From Dehalococcoidia bacterium (GTDB lineage Bacteria > Chloroflexota > Dehalococcoidia > Plut-88900): a stretch of DNA of 64,000 nucleotides. Shown one piece after another: positions 47,862 through 57,365 of the stretch (the first letter of the stretch is position 1; each line of letters starts with the position of its first letter). The position numbers and the translations under genes are program-made. The stretch covers positions 1,984,001 through 2,048,000 of the forward strand of contig OZ240219.1 of assembly GCA_965197645.1 (NCBI GenBank). The letters run 5' to 3'. The notes beneath the pieces were generated by a model, which was not told the origin of the DNA, did not search any database, and was given only the letters and a program-made list of their open reading frames with translations.

Positions 47862-48938
47862 TCAGCCACCCGATCCGTCGTGACCGCTATGCCAGCCCGA
47901 GCCGAACGTCATCCCACCGTCGCTGACTACCCAAACGCGCACGTCCTCCGTGGTCACCCAGTTGCCCTCTGCGGTGGCCTCGAACATATCCGTGCCGAGC
48001 AAGTCTTTGAGGTCCCTTCCCACCATGCCTTTGTCGTAGTGGTCTACGATCGTGCCGCTATCGTCCGCTATGAACGCGAACCAATCCCCTTCAACGTTCT
48101 CGGTGCTGTTGTAGTACTCGATAGCCGCTGTCAGTCCGGCGAAATCGCTCTCGGGGCTGTTGAAGTATGCGATGGTCCCTTCCAGTCCTACCGAGCGGAA
48201 CACGAGGACGGCGGTTGCCACAAAGGACTTGGTGAACTCGTCGGCGATGATGTACCAGCCGGAGGCGAACAGCAGCCCGTCGTGCCTCACCACCCAAGCG
48301 TTCTTGAGCTGCAACGTGCCGGTGTGGTCGTCCCCGATGCCGCCGCTCTCCGGGTTCCTGAACACGTAGGACACCCACTTGCCGTCCTCGGTGACCGACA
48401 GCATGTCCGGCCCGAAGTTGTACCCGTTGGCGTCGGTCCCGACCCAGCCATTCACGTCCAGCCCCAGGCGCTGGGATTCGGGATGCCCGATGACCGTATC
48501 GTTCTCGTCTATGATGAACACGTACCACTGGCCGTCGATGCTCTCTGGGCGGTTGTGGTAGGCGAGGGTGGCGTCGAGTCCCTGGGTCTCATACCTGCTG
48601 ATGGCCTTCTCTACGAAGAACTTGGTGTACTCGGCAGGAGCGGACTTGGGCGGTACGGAGGCGACGACGCTGCGGGCGATGCGCTCGGTTTCGGCGGCGG
48701 TGACTCCGGGTTGCGCCGTGGGGACCAAGGCGATGGCCGATTCGACTATCCGTTCGACCTCGGAGCGGGTGAGCCCGCGTTCCGACTGGGGCGTCGCAGG
48801 CGCTTCGGCCATCTCCGTGCGCACTATCTCCTCGACCTCGGGGCGGGTCAGTCCCGCGTCTCCGTCGCTGCAGGCGACCAGGAGAAGCGGGACCAGGACA
48901 CCCAGAAGCGTCGTCTCCCACAATCGCAGTTTCCTCAT
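47862..48938 (-). CDS. Lipoprotein with tandem Cache-like ligand-binding domains
   Basis: Lipobox LLVAC; two repeats of WYVFIID/WFAFIAD...G.WV...F.SGW; no TM signalling domain. Confidence 0.75.
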   Translation of the reverse strand: MRKLRLWETTLLGVLVPLLLVACSDGDAGLTRPEVEEIVRTEMAEAPATPQSERGLTRSEVERIVESAIALVPTAQPGVTAAETERIARSVVASVPPKSAPAEYTKFFVEKAISRYETQGLDATLAYHNRPESIDGQWYVFIIDENDTVIGHPESQRLGLDVNGWVGTDANGYNFGPDMLSVTEDGKWVSYVFRNPESGGIGDDHTGTLQLKNAWVVRHDGLLFASGWYIIADEFTKSFVATAVLVFRSVGLEGTIAYFNSPESDFAGLTAAIEYYNSTENVEGDWFAFIADDSGTIVDHYDKGMVGRDLKDLLGTDMFEATAEGNWVTTEDVRVWVVSDGGMTFGSGWHSGHDGSGG

Positions 48939-49076
48939 GGGTCTCCGCCGCTCCGTCTCGCTGTCGATTCCCTCAACCTGTCGCTCCTATCGGGAGACCC
49001 TGTGCAACTTGAATATGGGGCGACGCGGTACGCCGTCCCCGGCCGTGCTTTTTCCGCTGTTGCATGGGCGGGCCAT

Positions 49077-50402
49077 CTACAGCCCGCCAACGAGCGTCAG
49101 GTCGCTGCCGGCGACTATCTCAAGACCCATGAGCCTGGTCCCACTCTTAGCAACCGAATCGACGCTGACCGTGACCGTGCCGGAGGCCGTCACGGTGATG
49201 GTCTCGCTCTCCAGGGCGCCGCGAGCGATGGTGACAGTCTGGGTGGAAAGCGTGCCTCCTGTGGCCGAAAGGGTTACCGACAACGAAGACGGCGCTCCCT
49301 CGTCGATACTGACGACCACACCGGCGCCTTTCTTTTCCAACTCCGCGGTGATGGTGAACGGCGCCCCGGGGTTTTGGTCGAATTCCACGCTATCCAGATT
49401 TCCGAGGCCTTCGAACACGCCTGCGGGCAATGTTGATATCTGGTTATGACTCATGACTAAGGAATTCAAATCGCCCAGACCCTCGAACGCGCCTGAGGGC
49501 AACGCCGTGATTTTGTTGTTGAATAGGGTCAGTTGCTGCAGTTCGCCAAGGTCTTCGAATACGCCCGAGGGCAACGCCGTGAGCTCGTTCCTGCTCAGGT
49601 ACAACCACGTCAAATTGCCGAGGCCGTCGAACACCCCCTCGGGCAACGCGGTGATCTTGTTCTGGTGCAGGTTCAGGGCCATCAGGTTGGTGAGCCCGTC
49701 GAACACCTCCTCCGGCAATGCAGCGACCGAATTCCTGGGGAGCTCCAGTGAGTTGAGGCTAGTTAGCCCATCGAACACGTTCTCCGGGAGCGCGCTGACC
49801 TTGTTGGCGGTGAATGTGAGATCCTTCAGGTTGGTCAGGCCATCGAATATTTCCTCAGGCAGCGCCGTAAGACCGTTCTGGTACAGCTTCAGGTTCTGTA
49901 GGTTGGTCAGGCCGTCGAACAGGTTCTCCGGGAGCGAGCTCACCTCGGTGAAGGTCAGGTTCAGGCGTTCGAGTCCGGCGAGTCCGGAGAAGATGTCCTC
50001 GGGCAGCGAACTGATCTGGTTGTCGTCCAGTTTCAGCTCCGTCAACCCGCTGAGACCGGCGAAGTCCCCGGACTTGAGCGTGGTCACACCCATATCGGAG
50101 AGGGCAAGCGTCCCGGTTATCCCGGACAGGTTCGCGTCGGTGACGTCCCCGCAGGCGGTAACGTCCGACAGCTTGGCAAGAATGGCGTCCTGCACCTTCT
50201 GCGTGCGGCCGCAGATGCCCGGCGTTGGAGTTGGAGTGGGGGTAGGGGTGACGGCTTGCGCCAGGGATGTGCCGTGATTCGTGGGGAGGGCGAGACCTGC
50301 CGCCAGCGCGGCGGTGACCGCAAGCGCCGCGAGCAGGATAGCTGCGTGCTTGAAGCTGAACCATCTCGTCGATGCGGTCAATTTGCTCGTCGATGCGGTC
50401 AA
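49077..50402 (-). CDS. Secreted leucine-rich-repeat protein
   Basis: Signal peptide, GICGRT cap, LPEGVFDGLxNL repeats; ends VGGL. Confidence 0.88.
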   Translation of the reverse strand: MTASTSKLTASTRWFSFKHAAILLAALAVTAALAAGLALPTNHGTSLAQAVTPTPTPTPTPGICGRTQKVQDAILAKLSDVTACGDVTDANLSGITGTLALSDMGVTTLKSGDFAGLSGLTELKLDDNQISSLPEDIFSGLAGLERLNLTFTEVSSLPENLFDGLTNLQNLKLYQNGLTALPEEIFDGLTNLKDLTFTANKVSALPENVFDGLTSLNSLELPRNSVAALPEEVFDGLTNLMALNLHQNKITALPEGVFDGLGNLTWLYLSRNELTALPSGVFEDLGELQQLTLFNNKITALPSGAFEGLGDLNSLVMSHNQISTLPAGVFEGLGNLDSVEFDQNPGAPFTITAELEKKGAGVVVSIDEGAPSSLSVTLSATGGTLSTQTVTIARGALESETITVTASGTVTVSVDSVAKSGTRLMGLEIVAGSDLTLVGGL

Positions 50403-50461
50403 TTTGCTCCTCGATGCTCCTACATTTCAGGCCGATGCAAGTGGCGGTTCCCTACAGCCCT

Positions 50462-51403
50462 TTATAAGCCCCCAATGTTCACCTTGAAGTTCGCATCTTC
50501 GGCAACTGCGTCGTGAGTTAGAACGGCGTCGTTTCCGGCGGCGTCCTTGATGGCGCCGCCGTTCAAACTCACTGCGTTCGCGCCGATGGCAACCCCGTCA
50601 CTGTCCGAGTCGCCGCTCAGTACCGTATAGCCGAACACCAGCCGGACTCCTCGGACTCCGGGGGTGAAGGCGCAGAAAGCAATCCCGAATTGGTTTGGCT
50701 CACATTTGGGCACGGCGAAGTCGAAGTCAGCCAATTTGGCCGTACCCTCAAAGTCCAGTTCCAGCTGGGGGGTGCCAGTAGCGACTACGTCTTCGCTGAA
50801 CGCCGCGTCAGTAACGAGCCTTTCTCCGGCGGTGTAGACACCATCGTTTCCTCCTGTACTGGAAACGATGGAAACGGCCGATATGGTCGGACGAACTCCG
50901 TCCACCTTGTGGCCCGTCTGGACGGCCAGTGCACCATGGGACAGGTCGGCCGCGTTGTCCGCCGCATCCTTGATGCTGCCGCCGTTGAGCGTCAGCTTGT
51001 TGGCGCCTATGGCGATTCCGTCGTCGTCCGAGACGCCCTCTTCCACCGTGTAGCTGAAGACCACATTGGTAGTTGTGACGCTCTCGTAGGAAGCAGCTTT
51101 GCCGCTCCCGCCGATGTCCAGTTCGAGCTGGGGCGAGCCTGTAACGGAAACGTTCTCGCTGAACGTCACCGTTACCTTGATACTGTCGTCGATGCCGTAG
51201 ACGCCATCGTCATCGAAGTAGGAGTCATCATCACCGGTGTCGCTGGTGATGGCGACAGACGAGATGGTTAGAGCCGTCGTGTCGGTCTGGGCCGACACCG
51301 AGGGCAGACCGTCGACTGCGAATAGTCCGATGATTCCCATGAGCGCTCCACCCACAAGCGCCCATGCCAATTTCCATCTTACTGTTCCAATCCTTATAGC
51401 CAT
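50462..51403 (-). CDS. Secreted protein with two Ig-like beta-sandwich repeats
   Basis: Signal peptide; two FSE.V..TG.PQLELD...D.DG.AIGAN...LNGG.IKDAA.N repeats; ends IGGL. Confidence 0.8.
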   Translation of the reverse strand: MAIRIGTVRWKLAWALVGGALMGIIGLFAVDGLPSVSAQTDTTALTISSVAITSDTGDDDSYFDDDGVYGIDDSIKVTVTFSENVSVTGSPQLELDIGGSGKAASYESVTTTNVVFSYTVEEGVSDDDGIAIGANKLTLNGGSIKDAADNAADLSHGALAVQTGHKVDGVRPTISAVSIVSSTGGNDGVYTAGERLVTDAAFSEDVVATGTPQLELDFEGTAKLADFDFAVPKCEPNQFGIAFCAFTPGVRGVRLVFGYTVLSGDSDSDGVAIGANAVSLNGGAIKDAAGNDAVLTHDAVAEDANFKVNIGGL

Positions 51404-51464
51404 CTTGTTCCTCTCTCCGTGGACTTGGGAGCTTTCCCTTGGGTCCGCTCAGGGGGTTGAATCG

Positions 51465-53432
51465 TCATAGCCCGCCCATTACCACCGCTGACGTTCCCTC
51501 ACTGGTCAGCGACTCCGCGTAGCCCGCGTCGTCGGTGAAGGTGACCCGCACCTTGATGACCTTGCCGTTTTCAGATGCCTGGACCGTGTAGATGGAGTTC
51601 GTCGCGTCGTTGATCTCGGTGTCGTCGGCCAGCCACTGGTAGCTGTACGTCACGTTAGTCAGCCCGTCGGCGTCAGAGATTCCGGACGTGCCTGCCGTCA
51701 GGGTCTGGCCCACCTGCGCAGTGCCGCTAATGTTGGGAGCGCCGGTTGCCGGAGTGTTGGCATGCGACGCAGACGAGAGGGTGAGGCTATCGCCAAGGCC
51801 GGTCTGGATGCCCTGGTATGAACCCCCCAGGAAGGCGGAGGCAACCACGGAGACCGTCACGCCGTCGTCATCGCTTATCGGGGAGGTGATGACACCGCTC
51901 GCCTGATCGCCGCCGTTTACGGAGACGATCAGGTTGGAAGAAAGCGCCCCGGCCTTGAAGTTCAGGGTGACCGACATGTTGAAGGGCGCTCCCTCGGCGA
52001 CCTTGACCACCACGCCGTTGTCGCCCCGCTGCTCCAGCTCTGCGGTGAACGTGAAGGGGGACCCCGGGTTGTTCGCCAGGTAGAGGATTTCCAGGTTTCC
52101 AAGGTCCTGAAAAATCCCATCGGGCAACGCGCTCAATTTGTTGTTGGTGAATATCAACCTGTCGAGGTTGGTGAGGCCGTCGAACAGGTCCTCGGGCAAT
52201 GCAGTAATCGGGTTGGTGGAGAGCACTATGTTTTCCAGGCTGTCGAGGCCATCGAAGATGTCTTCGTCCAGCTCACTTAGCTGGTTGTTGTGCAGACGCA
52301 GGTCCGTTAAGCTGCTCAGTCCGTCGAATACCTCCTTGTGCAGCTCCCTTATCTGGTTAGTTCCCCCCAAGGCCAGGATCTGCAGGCTGGTCAGTCCGTC
52401 GAATACGTCCTCGGGCAGTGCCGTCAGGTCGAGGAACAGGTACAGCCGTTGCAGATTGCCGAGTCCCTCGAATACGTCCTCGGGCACCGACCTGATATAG
52501 GAGGAGCCGGTCGGTTGAAGCCACGTCATGGAGCTGAGTCCAGCAAAATCCCCGGACTTGATGGACGTGGCGCTTGTGAAGCTGACGACCAACTTGGTTA
52601 TGCCGGCCAGGTGTGAGTCGGTGACATTGGCGCAGTCGCTGACGTCGGACAGCTTGGCGAGAATGGCGTCCCGCACTTCCTGGGTCCGGCCGCAGATGCC
52701 CAGAGGAGCGGCCAGGGTGAGTTCAAGATCGTCGGCCTCCTCCCACGTGAGGCCAAAGTAGCTTGAATAGTCGGTGGCGCCGAAGTCGGAGGACTCCACG
52801 CTCACTGTTACCTGCACGTCGGCGGTCTGTACCAGGCTCTGGTCGCTGGGCGAGACGCTGACTGACTCGCTCTTGAGGCTGCCTCCCTCAACTGTGACCG
52901 TCGTCGAGGACAGTGTGCCGCCTTCGGCGGACAGCGTGATTTCCATGTCGAAGGGCGCGCCCTCGGCGACCTTGACCACCACCGAGTTCGAGCCCTCCTG
53001 CTCCAGCGTCATCGTGAGGCTGAAGGGAGACCCCGTATTGAAGTTCAGCCACAGGGTGTCTAGGCTTTCGAGGCCCTCGAAGATGCCGTCCGGTAGGTCG
53101 CTCAGGTCGTTGGTGTCGAGGTAGAGCTGCTCCAGGCCGCTCAGCCCCTGGAAGTCTCCGGCCTTGAGCGCAGAGATGCTCTTGTTGGAAAGGGTCAGGT
53201 CGCCCGTTATGCCCGCCAGGTGTGAGTCGGTGACATTGGCGCAGTCGCTGACGTCGGACAGCTTGGCGAGAATGGCGTCCCGCACTTCCTGGGTGCGGTT
53301 GCAGATGCCGGAAGACTGGGCGAGGACCGTACTGCTCGGCGGGACGGCCATTGAGACGGCAACGACGGCCGCCACCAGCAGGGCCATTGCCGCCACGGTC
53401 TTGATTCGCAGTTTGGGTCTTCGAAACCTCAT
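51465..53432 (-). CDS. Secreted LRR plus Ig-like protein
   Basis: Signal peptide; duplicated GIC.RTQEVRDAIL cap, LRRs, PATGAPNISG repeat; ends MGGL. Confidence 0.88.
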   Translation of the reverse strand: MRFRRPKLRIKTVAAMALLVAAVVAVSMAVPPSSTVLAQSSGICNRTQEVRDAILAKLSDVSDCANVTDSHLAGITGDLTLSNKSISALKAGDFQGLSGLEQLYLDTNDLSDLPDGIFEGLESLDTLWLNFNTGSPFSLTMTLEQEGSNSVVVKVAEGAPFDMEITLSAEGGTLSSTTVTVEGGSLKSESVSVSPSDQSLVQTADVQVTVSVESSDFGATDYSSYFGLTWEEADDLELTLAAPLGICGRTQEVRDAILAKLSDVSDCANVTDSHLAGITKLVVSFTSATSIKSGDFAGLSSMTWLQPTGSSYIRSVPEDVFEGLGNLQRLYLFLDLTALPEDVFDGLTSLQILALGGTNQIRELHKEVFDGLSSLTDLRLHNNQLSELDEDIFDGLDSLENIVLSTNPITALPEDLFDGLTNLDRLIFTNNKLSALPDGIFQDLGNLEILYLANNPGSPFTFTAELEQRGDNGVVVKVAEGAPFNMSVTLNFKAGALSSNLIVSVNGGDQASGVITSPISDDDGVTVSVVASAFLGGSYQGIQTGLGDSLTLSSASHANTPATGAPNISGTAQVGQTLTAGTSGISDADGLTNVTYSYQWLADDTEINDATNSIYTVQASENGKVIKVRVTFTDDAGYAESLTSEGTSAVVMGGL

Positions 53433-53531
53433 AGCTCCCCTCCTAGGTCAGGGACAGGTCCTGCGGCACAACTACCCTTACTTTGAGTGGGGTGCCAGCC
53501 TTAAGCTCCGCCTGTCAGCTGATCGGTATTG

Positions 53532-53672
53532 CCCATGAAAACACTAGAGACCCTGCATCGATTTGGTAAGTGCATAATCACACTTCTTGCTGAGGTAATT
53601 TGGACGGCACTTTGTTTGTTCTGAGGGAGAGTGTTTCTACAACTTTTTGCTCTTGATGGCATAGACGAAAGT
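53532..53672 (-). promoter_or_regulatory. Conserved promoter module, copy 4 (divergent from the two-component operon)
   Basis: TTACCA (53569-53564), N17, TAGTGT (53546-53541). Confidence 0.7.
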
Positions 53673-53980
53673 GGCTTAGATTTAGTAGTCATAACCACAC
53701 CGCCGTCACACTCAATGTTCGCACGCGCATACCGGAGAAGAGATGTCTCAGGCACATTGCCGAAGCCGGGCCTTCAGTCTTGCGAAGCTGGCGTACCGGC
53801 CTGCGGGTTGGCTGGAGGGCTACGCCGTGTATGCGCCGCTATTCCAGGTGCAAAGGCCGCGGGTAGGCCAGCGCGAGGTTGTTGCGACAGGCCCGCCGGC
53901 GGACAGTTCTCATCTATTGGGGCTCCGGCGTCGCCTCACACCAGGGGTAGGTTGGGTGTTGGAGTAGGGGCCTGTACTTT

Positions 53981-55198
53981 ATGAAGGCATCGTTCGGCGC
54001 AATACAGACGCGGCTCCTCCAGATGCTCTGGCTCGACCCGGACGAGGCATCGTACGCCGCCAACATTACGGTGTGGTTACGCTGGCTCTTCTGGGTCGGC
54101 GCCGTGATCGAGCTCGCCTATCGACCGGCGTTCACGCATGCCAAGTACATTCCGTTCATGCTCATGCACGTGCCGCTGGTCGCACTCAACGGCTACGTGC
54201 ACTACCGTCTGCTCTCCCGGCGCAGGGTGACGTGGCGTCACCTGCTACTCCTCAGCGCCATGGACATAGCCCTGATCACGGCCAGCGTCGTCGTCGACGG
54301 GGGTTTCGACAACTTCCTGTACATTCCCTACTATCCCGCCCTCGCCGCTTTCGCCGCCGTCTTCACCTCCGCTCTGCTGAATCTCGCCTGGACCACGGTC
54401 ACCGCCTCCATATATGTCGGCGTGAGCCTGACCGTCGGCTCGGGCGTGGCCTTCGATGGGACCAACGAGAAGATGCTGTTCTCCAGGGTGCTCGCGATGT
54501 TCGGGGTGGTCATGGTTGTCAACTTCATCACCCGGTTTCAACGGCGCAGGGCCATAGCGGCGATGGAAAGGGAAGGGGAGCTGCAACGGGAACGGATCGA
54601 GCTCTCCCAGGCCATTCACGATACGGCCGCCCAGACCGCCTTCATGATCGGCCTGGGGATAGACGCGGCCAAACGGGTTGCCGGAGACTCGAACGAGGAG
54701 CTCACCGCCAGGCTCGATGCGACATCACGGCTTTCCAAGACCGCCGTGTGGCAGCTGAGACACCCGATAGACATGGGCCGCATATTCGAGGGCAGTGAGT
54801 TGGGCTGGACCCTGGACTCGCACGTTGCGACGTTCAGGTCCATCACGTCGGTGTCGGCGGAGCTGACCCAGAACGGGGTGGAGCCGCCACTTTCAGTAGA
54901 GGTCAGGAGTCTCCTGTTCTCCATTGCCCACAACGCCCTCGCCAACGCCTTACGCCATGCCGGGGCGAGCCGGGTGCTGGTCGGTCTCGACTTCGGACGG
55001 GACGAGCTCAGGCTGTCGGTGTCGGACGACGGGGTGGGACTTCCCGACGACTACGAGGAGCGGGGCCACGGCTTCGCAAACATGCGGGCGTACGCAGGGC
55101 GTCTGGGCGGACGCCTCATCGTCGAGCCCAGGGGAGCGGCAGGGGGCGCCAGCGTGACCTGCGTGATGCCGTTGGTTCGCGGCGGAAAGGAGGGATAG
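53981..55198 (+). CDS. Membrane sensor histidine kinase (HisKA_3/NarX-like)
   Basis: Multi-TM N-terminus, AIHDTAAQ, NALANALRH, DDGVG, GHGF. Confidence 0.92.
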   Translation: MKASFGAIQTRLLQMLWLDPDEASYAANITVWLRWLFWVGAVIELAYRPAFTHAKYIPFMLMHVPLVALNGYVHYRLLSRRRVTWRHLLLLSAMDIALITASVVVDGGFDNFLYIPYYPALAAFAAVFTSALLNLAWTTVTASIYVGVSLTVGSGVAFDGTNEKMLFSRVLAMFGVVMVVNFITRFQRRRAIAAMEREGELQRERIELSQAIHDTAAQTAFMIGLGIDAAKRVAGDSNEELTARLDATSRLSKTAVWQLRHPIDMGRIFEGSELGWTLDSHVATFRSITSVSAELTQNGVEPPLSVEVRSLLFSIAHNALANALRHAGASRVLVGLDFGRDELRLSVSDDGVGLPDDYEERGHGFANMRAYAGRLGGRLIVEPRGAAGGASVTCVMPLVRGGKEG

Positions 55199-55199
55199 A

Positions 55200-55853
55200 T
55201 TGTCAGCGGAGTCTCGTCGCATAAGGGTGCTGCTCGCCGACGACCATGCGGTCACGCGGGAAGGGCTTCAGTCGATTCTGGAGCGGTCTGAGGAGTTCGA
55301 GGTGGTGGGCCAGGCCAGGGACGGAGTGGAGGCGGTGAAGGCGGCCTCCGAGTTGTCGCCCGACCTGATCGTCATGGATGTCATGATGCCCAGGAAGGAC
55401 GGGGTGGAAGCGTGCCGGGAGATCATGGAGTCTCTGCCGGACACACGGGTGCTCATGCTGACCGCCTCCACGGAGGCGAACGCCGTGATAGAGGCGGTGG
55501 CCGCCGGTGCGGCCGGCTATCTTCAGAAGGTGGCCGGGATGGACCAGGTCCTGGGCATGATGAGGAGCGCGGCTGCGGGCGAGGGGCGGCTGCCGACCGA
55601 GGTGGTGAGGCGCGTGTTCCACAGGATGCGGAGCGAGGCGAAGTCGAAGCAGCAGATCGACCTGACCCAGAGGGAGAAGGAGATACTTGTGTCATTCTGC
55701 CGGGGCATGTCCTACGTTGCGATTGCCAATGCACGAGAAGTCAAGGTGGTCACCGTCCGAAACGCCATCTACACCATTCAGGTGAAGCTGGGCCTCGACT
55801 CGAAGCAGGAGGTCGTGGTGTGGGCCGCGCAGAACGGGCTCCTGGATGATTGA
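55200..55853 (+). CDS. NarL/LuxR-family response regulator
   Basis: VLLADDH, MDVMMP, LTQREKEIL HTH region. Confidence 0.93.
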   Translation: MSAESRRIRVLLADDHAVTREGLQSILERSEEFEVVGQARDGVEAVKAASELSPDLIVMDVMMPRKDGVEACREIMESLPDTRVLMLTASTEANAVIEAVAAGAAGYLQKVAGMDQVLGMMRSAAAGEGRLPTEVVRRVFHRMRSEAKSKQQIDLTQREKEILVSFCRGMSYVAIANAREVKVVTVRNAIYTIQVKLGLDSKQEVVVWAAQNGLLDD

Positions 55854-55859
55854 CGGCAT

Positions 55860-55890
55860 GGGTTGGGCGTAAGGTCATTCGACCCAACCC
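55860..55890 (+). terminator. Stem-loop after the response regulator
   Basis: GGGTTGGG...CCCAACCC inverted repeat; no clear U-tract. Confidence 0.35.
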
Positions 55891-55908
55891 CTGTAAAAGG
55901 ATTATTCA

Positions 55909-57009
55909 ATGAATCACTTCGTTTTGGATGCCAATACCGTGATTGCAGAACAGTACGGAGCTAGTGCTCACATAAGCGCTCTACTGTCTGCCTCAAGTGC
56001 CGTTGGGTTCCAAGTCCACCTCCTCAAGGTCGCCCTGGAGGAAATTGCCGCGAAATACGAAAGGGAACTGTCGAAGAATACGAAAGAAGCAGGCCGAAGT
56101 CTATCGAGACTGTCCTCGTTATTGGGTCGGTCTATAGAATCCCCCGTGGAGGGGTTCGATTCCAAGGAAGAAACAAAAGCATTTCGAGAGAGGTTGCTGA
56201 GCCATCTAGGTAAGACGGAGTCGGGTATCATCGATTATCCTGACACGCTCCACGAAACATTGGTCAAACGAGCGACATCAAGAAAACGGCCGTTTGACGA
56301 CAATGGATCTGGGTATCGCGCCGCGCTCATTTGGGAATCAGTTCTTGATTTAGCCAAACAAGTAGAGGGTCCAATTGTCCTGGTTACCAAAGACAAGGAT
56401 TTTCGGGAAGGGTCAAGTAACCTTCATGGTGATCTCATCAAGGATCTGGAAAGACTCGGGTTGCCTGAAGACAAGGTTATATTGGCTACGGACCTGGCGG
56501 GACTAGTTGACCAACACGTACGTCCTAATCTGGGAATGCTGCCTTGGGACGACCCACTCCAATTCTTGGCTCAACGTGGGGTCGACTTGGAGGAGTCCAT
56601 AGCACTGATTCTATTGGACGCTTGTTCAGGCAAAGAATGGGAGCCACCGGAGTTGGGAATTCCGTGGGAGTATGAATCCCCCACGTTGGACATGATAGCT
56701 GATGTATCCGGCTTGACCGTGTTGGACATTCGACAGTTGAATTCAAGTCAGGTACTGGTCAAGGTCGAGGCCAACGTCATCGCGGAATTTGGGGTGCTTG
56801 TTTACAAGCCTGATTGGTACACTTCGGAGGACAGCAGGCTTACCGTAGTTGAGTTTGATTGGAATGACCATTATGTTTGGGCAGAGATTCGCTTGCCACT
56901 ACACTGCAATCTCGACTTGGTCATTGACGCCTCGAACCCAGAACAACAAGAAGTTCGGAATGTGTCTGTCGAATTTCAACCTACAGAATTTCCACCTATA
57001 GATTGGTAA
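55909..57009 (+). CDS. PIN-domain protein (DUF4935/PIN_12-like)
   Basis: FVLDAN at the N-terminus, RKRPF...GYR(A)ALIWES, LVTKDKDF. Confidence 0.75.
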   Translation: MNHFVLDANTVIAEQYGASAHISALLSASSAVGFQVHLLKVALEEIAAKYERELSKNTKEAGRSLSRLSSLLGRSIESPVEGFDSKEETKAFRERLLSHLGKTESGIIDYPDTLHETLVKRATSRKRPFDDNGSGYRAALIWESVLDLAKQVEGPIVLVTKDKDFREGSSNLHGDLIKDLERLGLPEDKVILATDLAGLVDQHVRPNLGMLPWDDPLQFLAQRGVDLEESIALILLDACSGKEWEPPELGIPWEYESPTLDMIADVSGLTVLDIRQLNSSQVLVKVEANVIAEFGVLVYKPDWYTSEDSRLTVVEFDWNDHYVWAEIRLPLHCNLDLVIDASNPEQQEVRNVSVEFQPTEFPPIDW

Positions 57010-57164
57010 GCGCATCCTGCAACTTACGGCGTAAACTGAGGTGGACCCACCCACGAGGATTCGAAGCGATCATCGGGGAGGATGTGGCATGCCTATTCAC
57101 TACCCGACTGCTTCCAATTCGACCGCCCAAGTGTACCGAAGTTGTCCGTTGCTATTGTGTAGCA

Positions 57165-57365
57165 CCCGTGAGCAGCGGAGAACAGCACACTTGCGCACTG
57201 TGGGAGGACGGCTCTGCGGTGTGCTGGGGCAATGATGAACTCGGGCAATCATCGCCGCCGGATGGAGAAACGTTCACCGCCATCAGCAGTGGTCATGGTC
57301 ACACCAGTCACACCTGCGGCATTACTCACGAAGGCGCAATCCTGTGCTGGGGTTGGGGACACTAA
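57165..57365 (+). pseudogene. RCC1-repeat remnant (two blades)
   Basis: VSSGEQHTCALWEDGSAVCWG...HTCGITHEGAILCWG with no coherent N-terminus. Confidence 0.65.
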
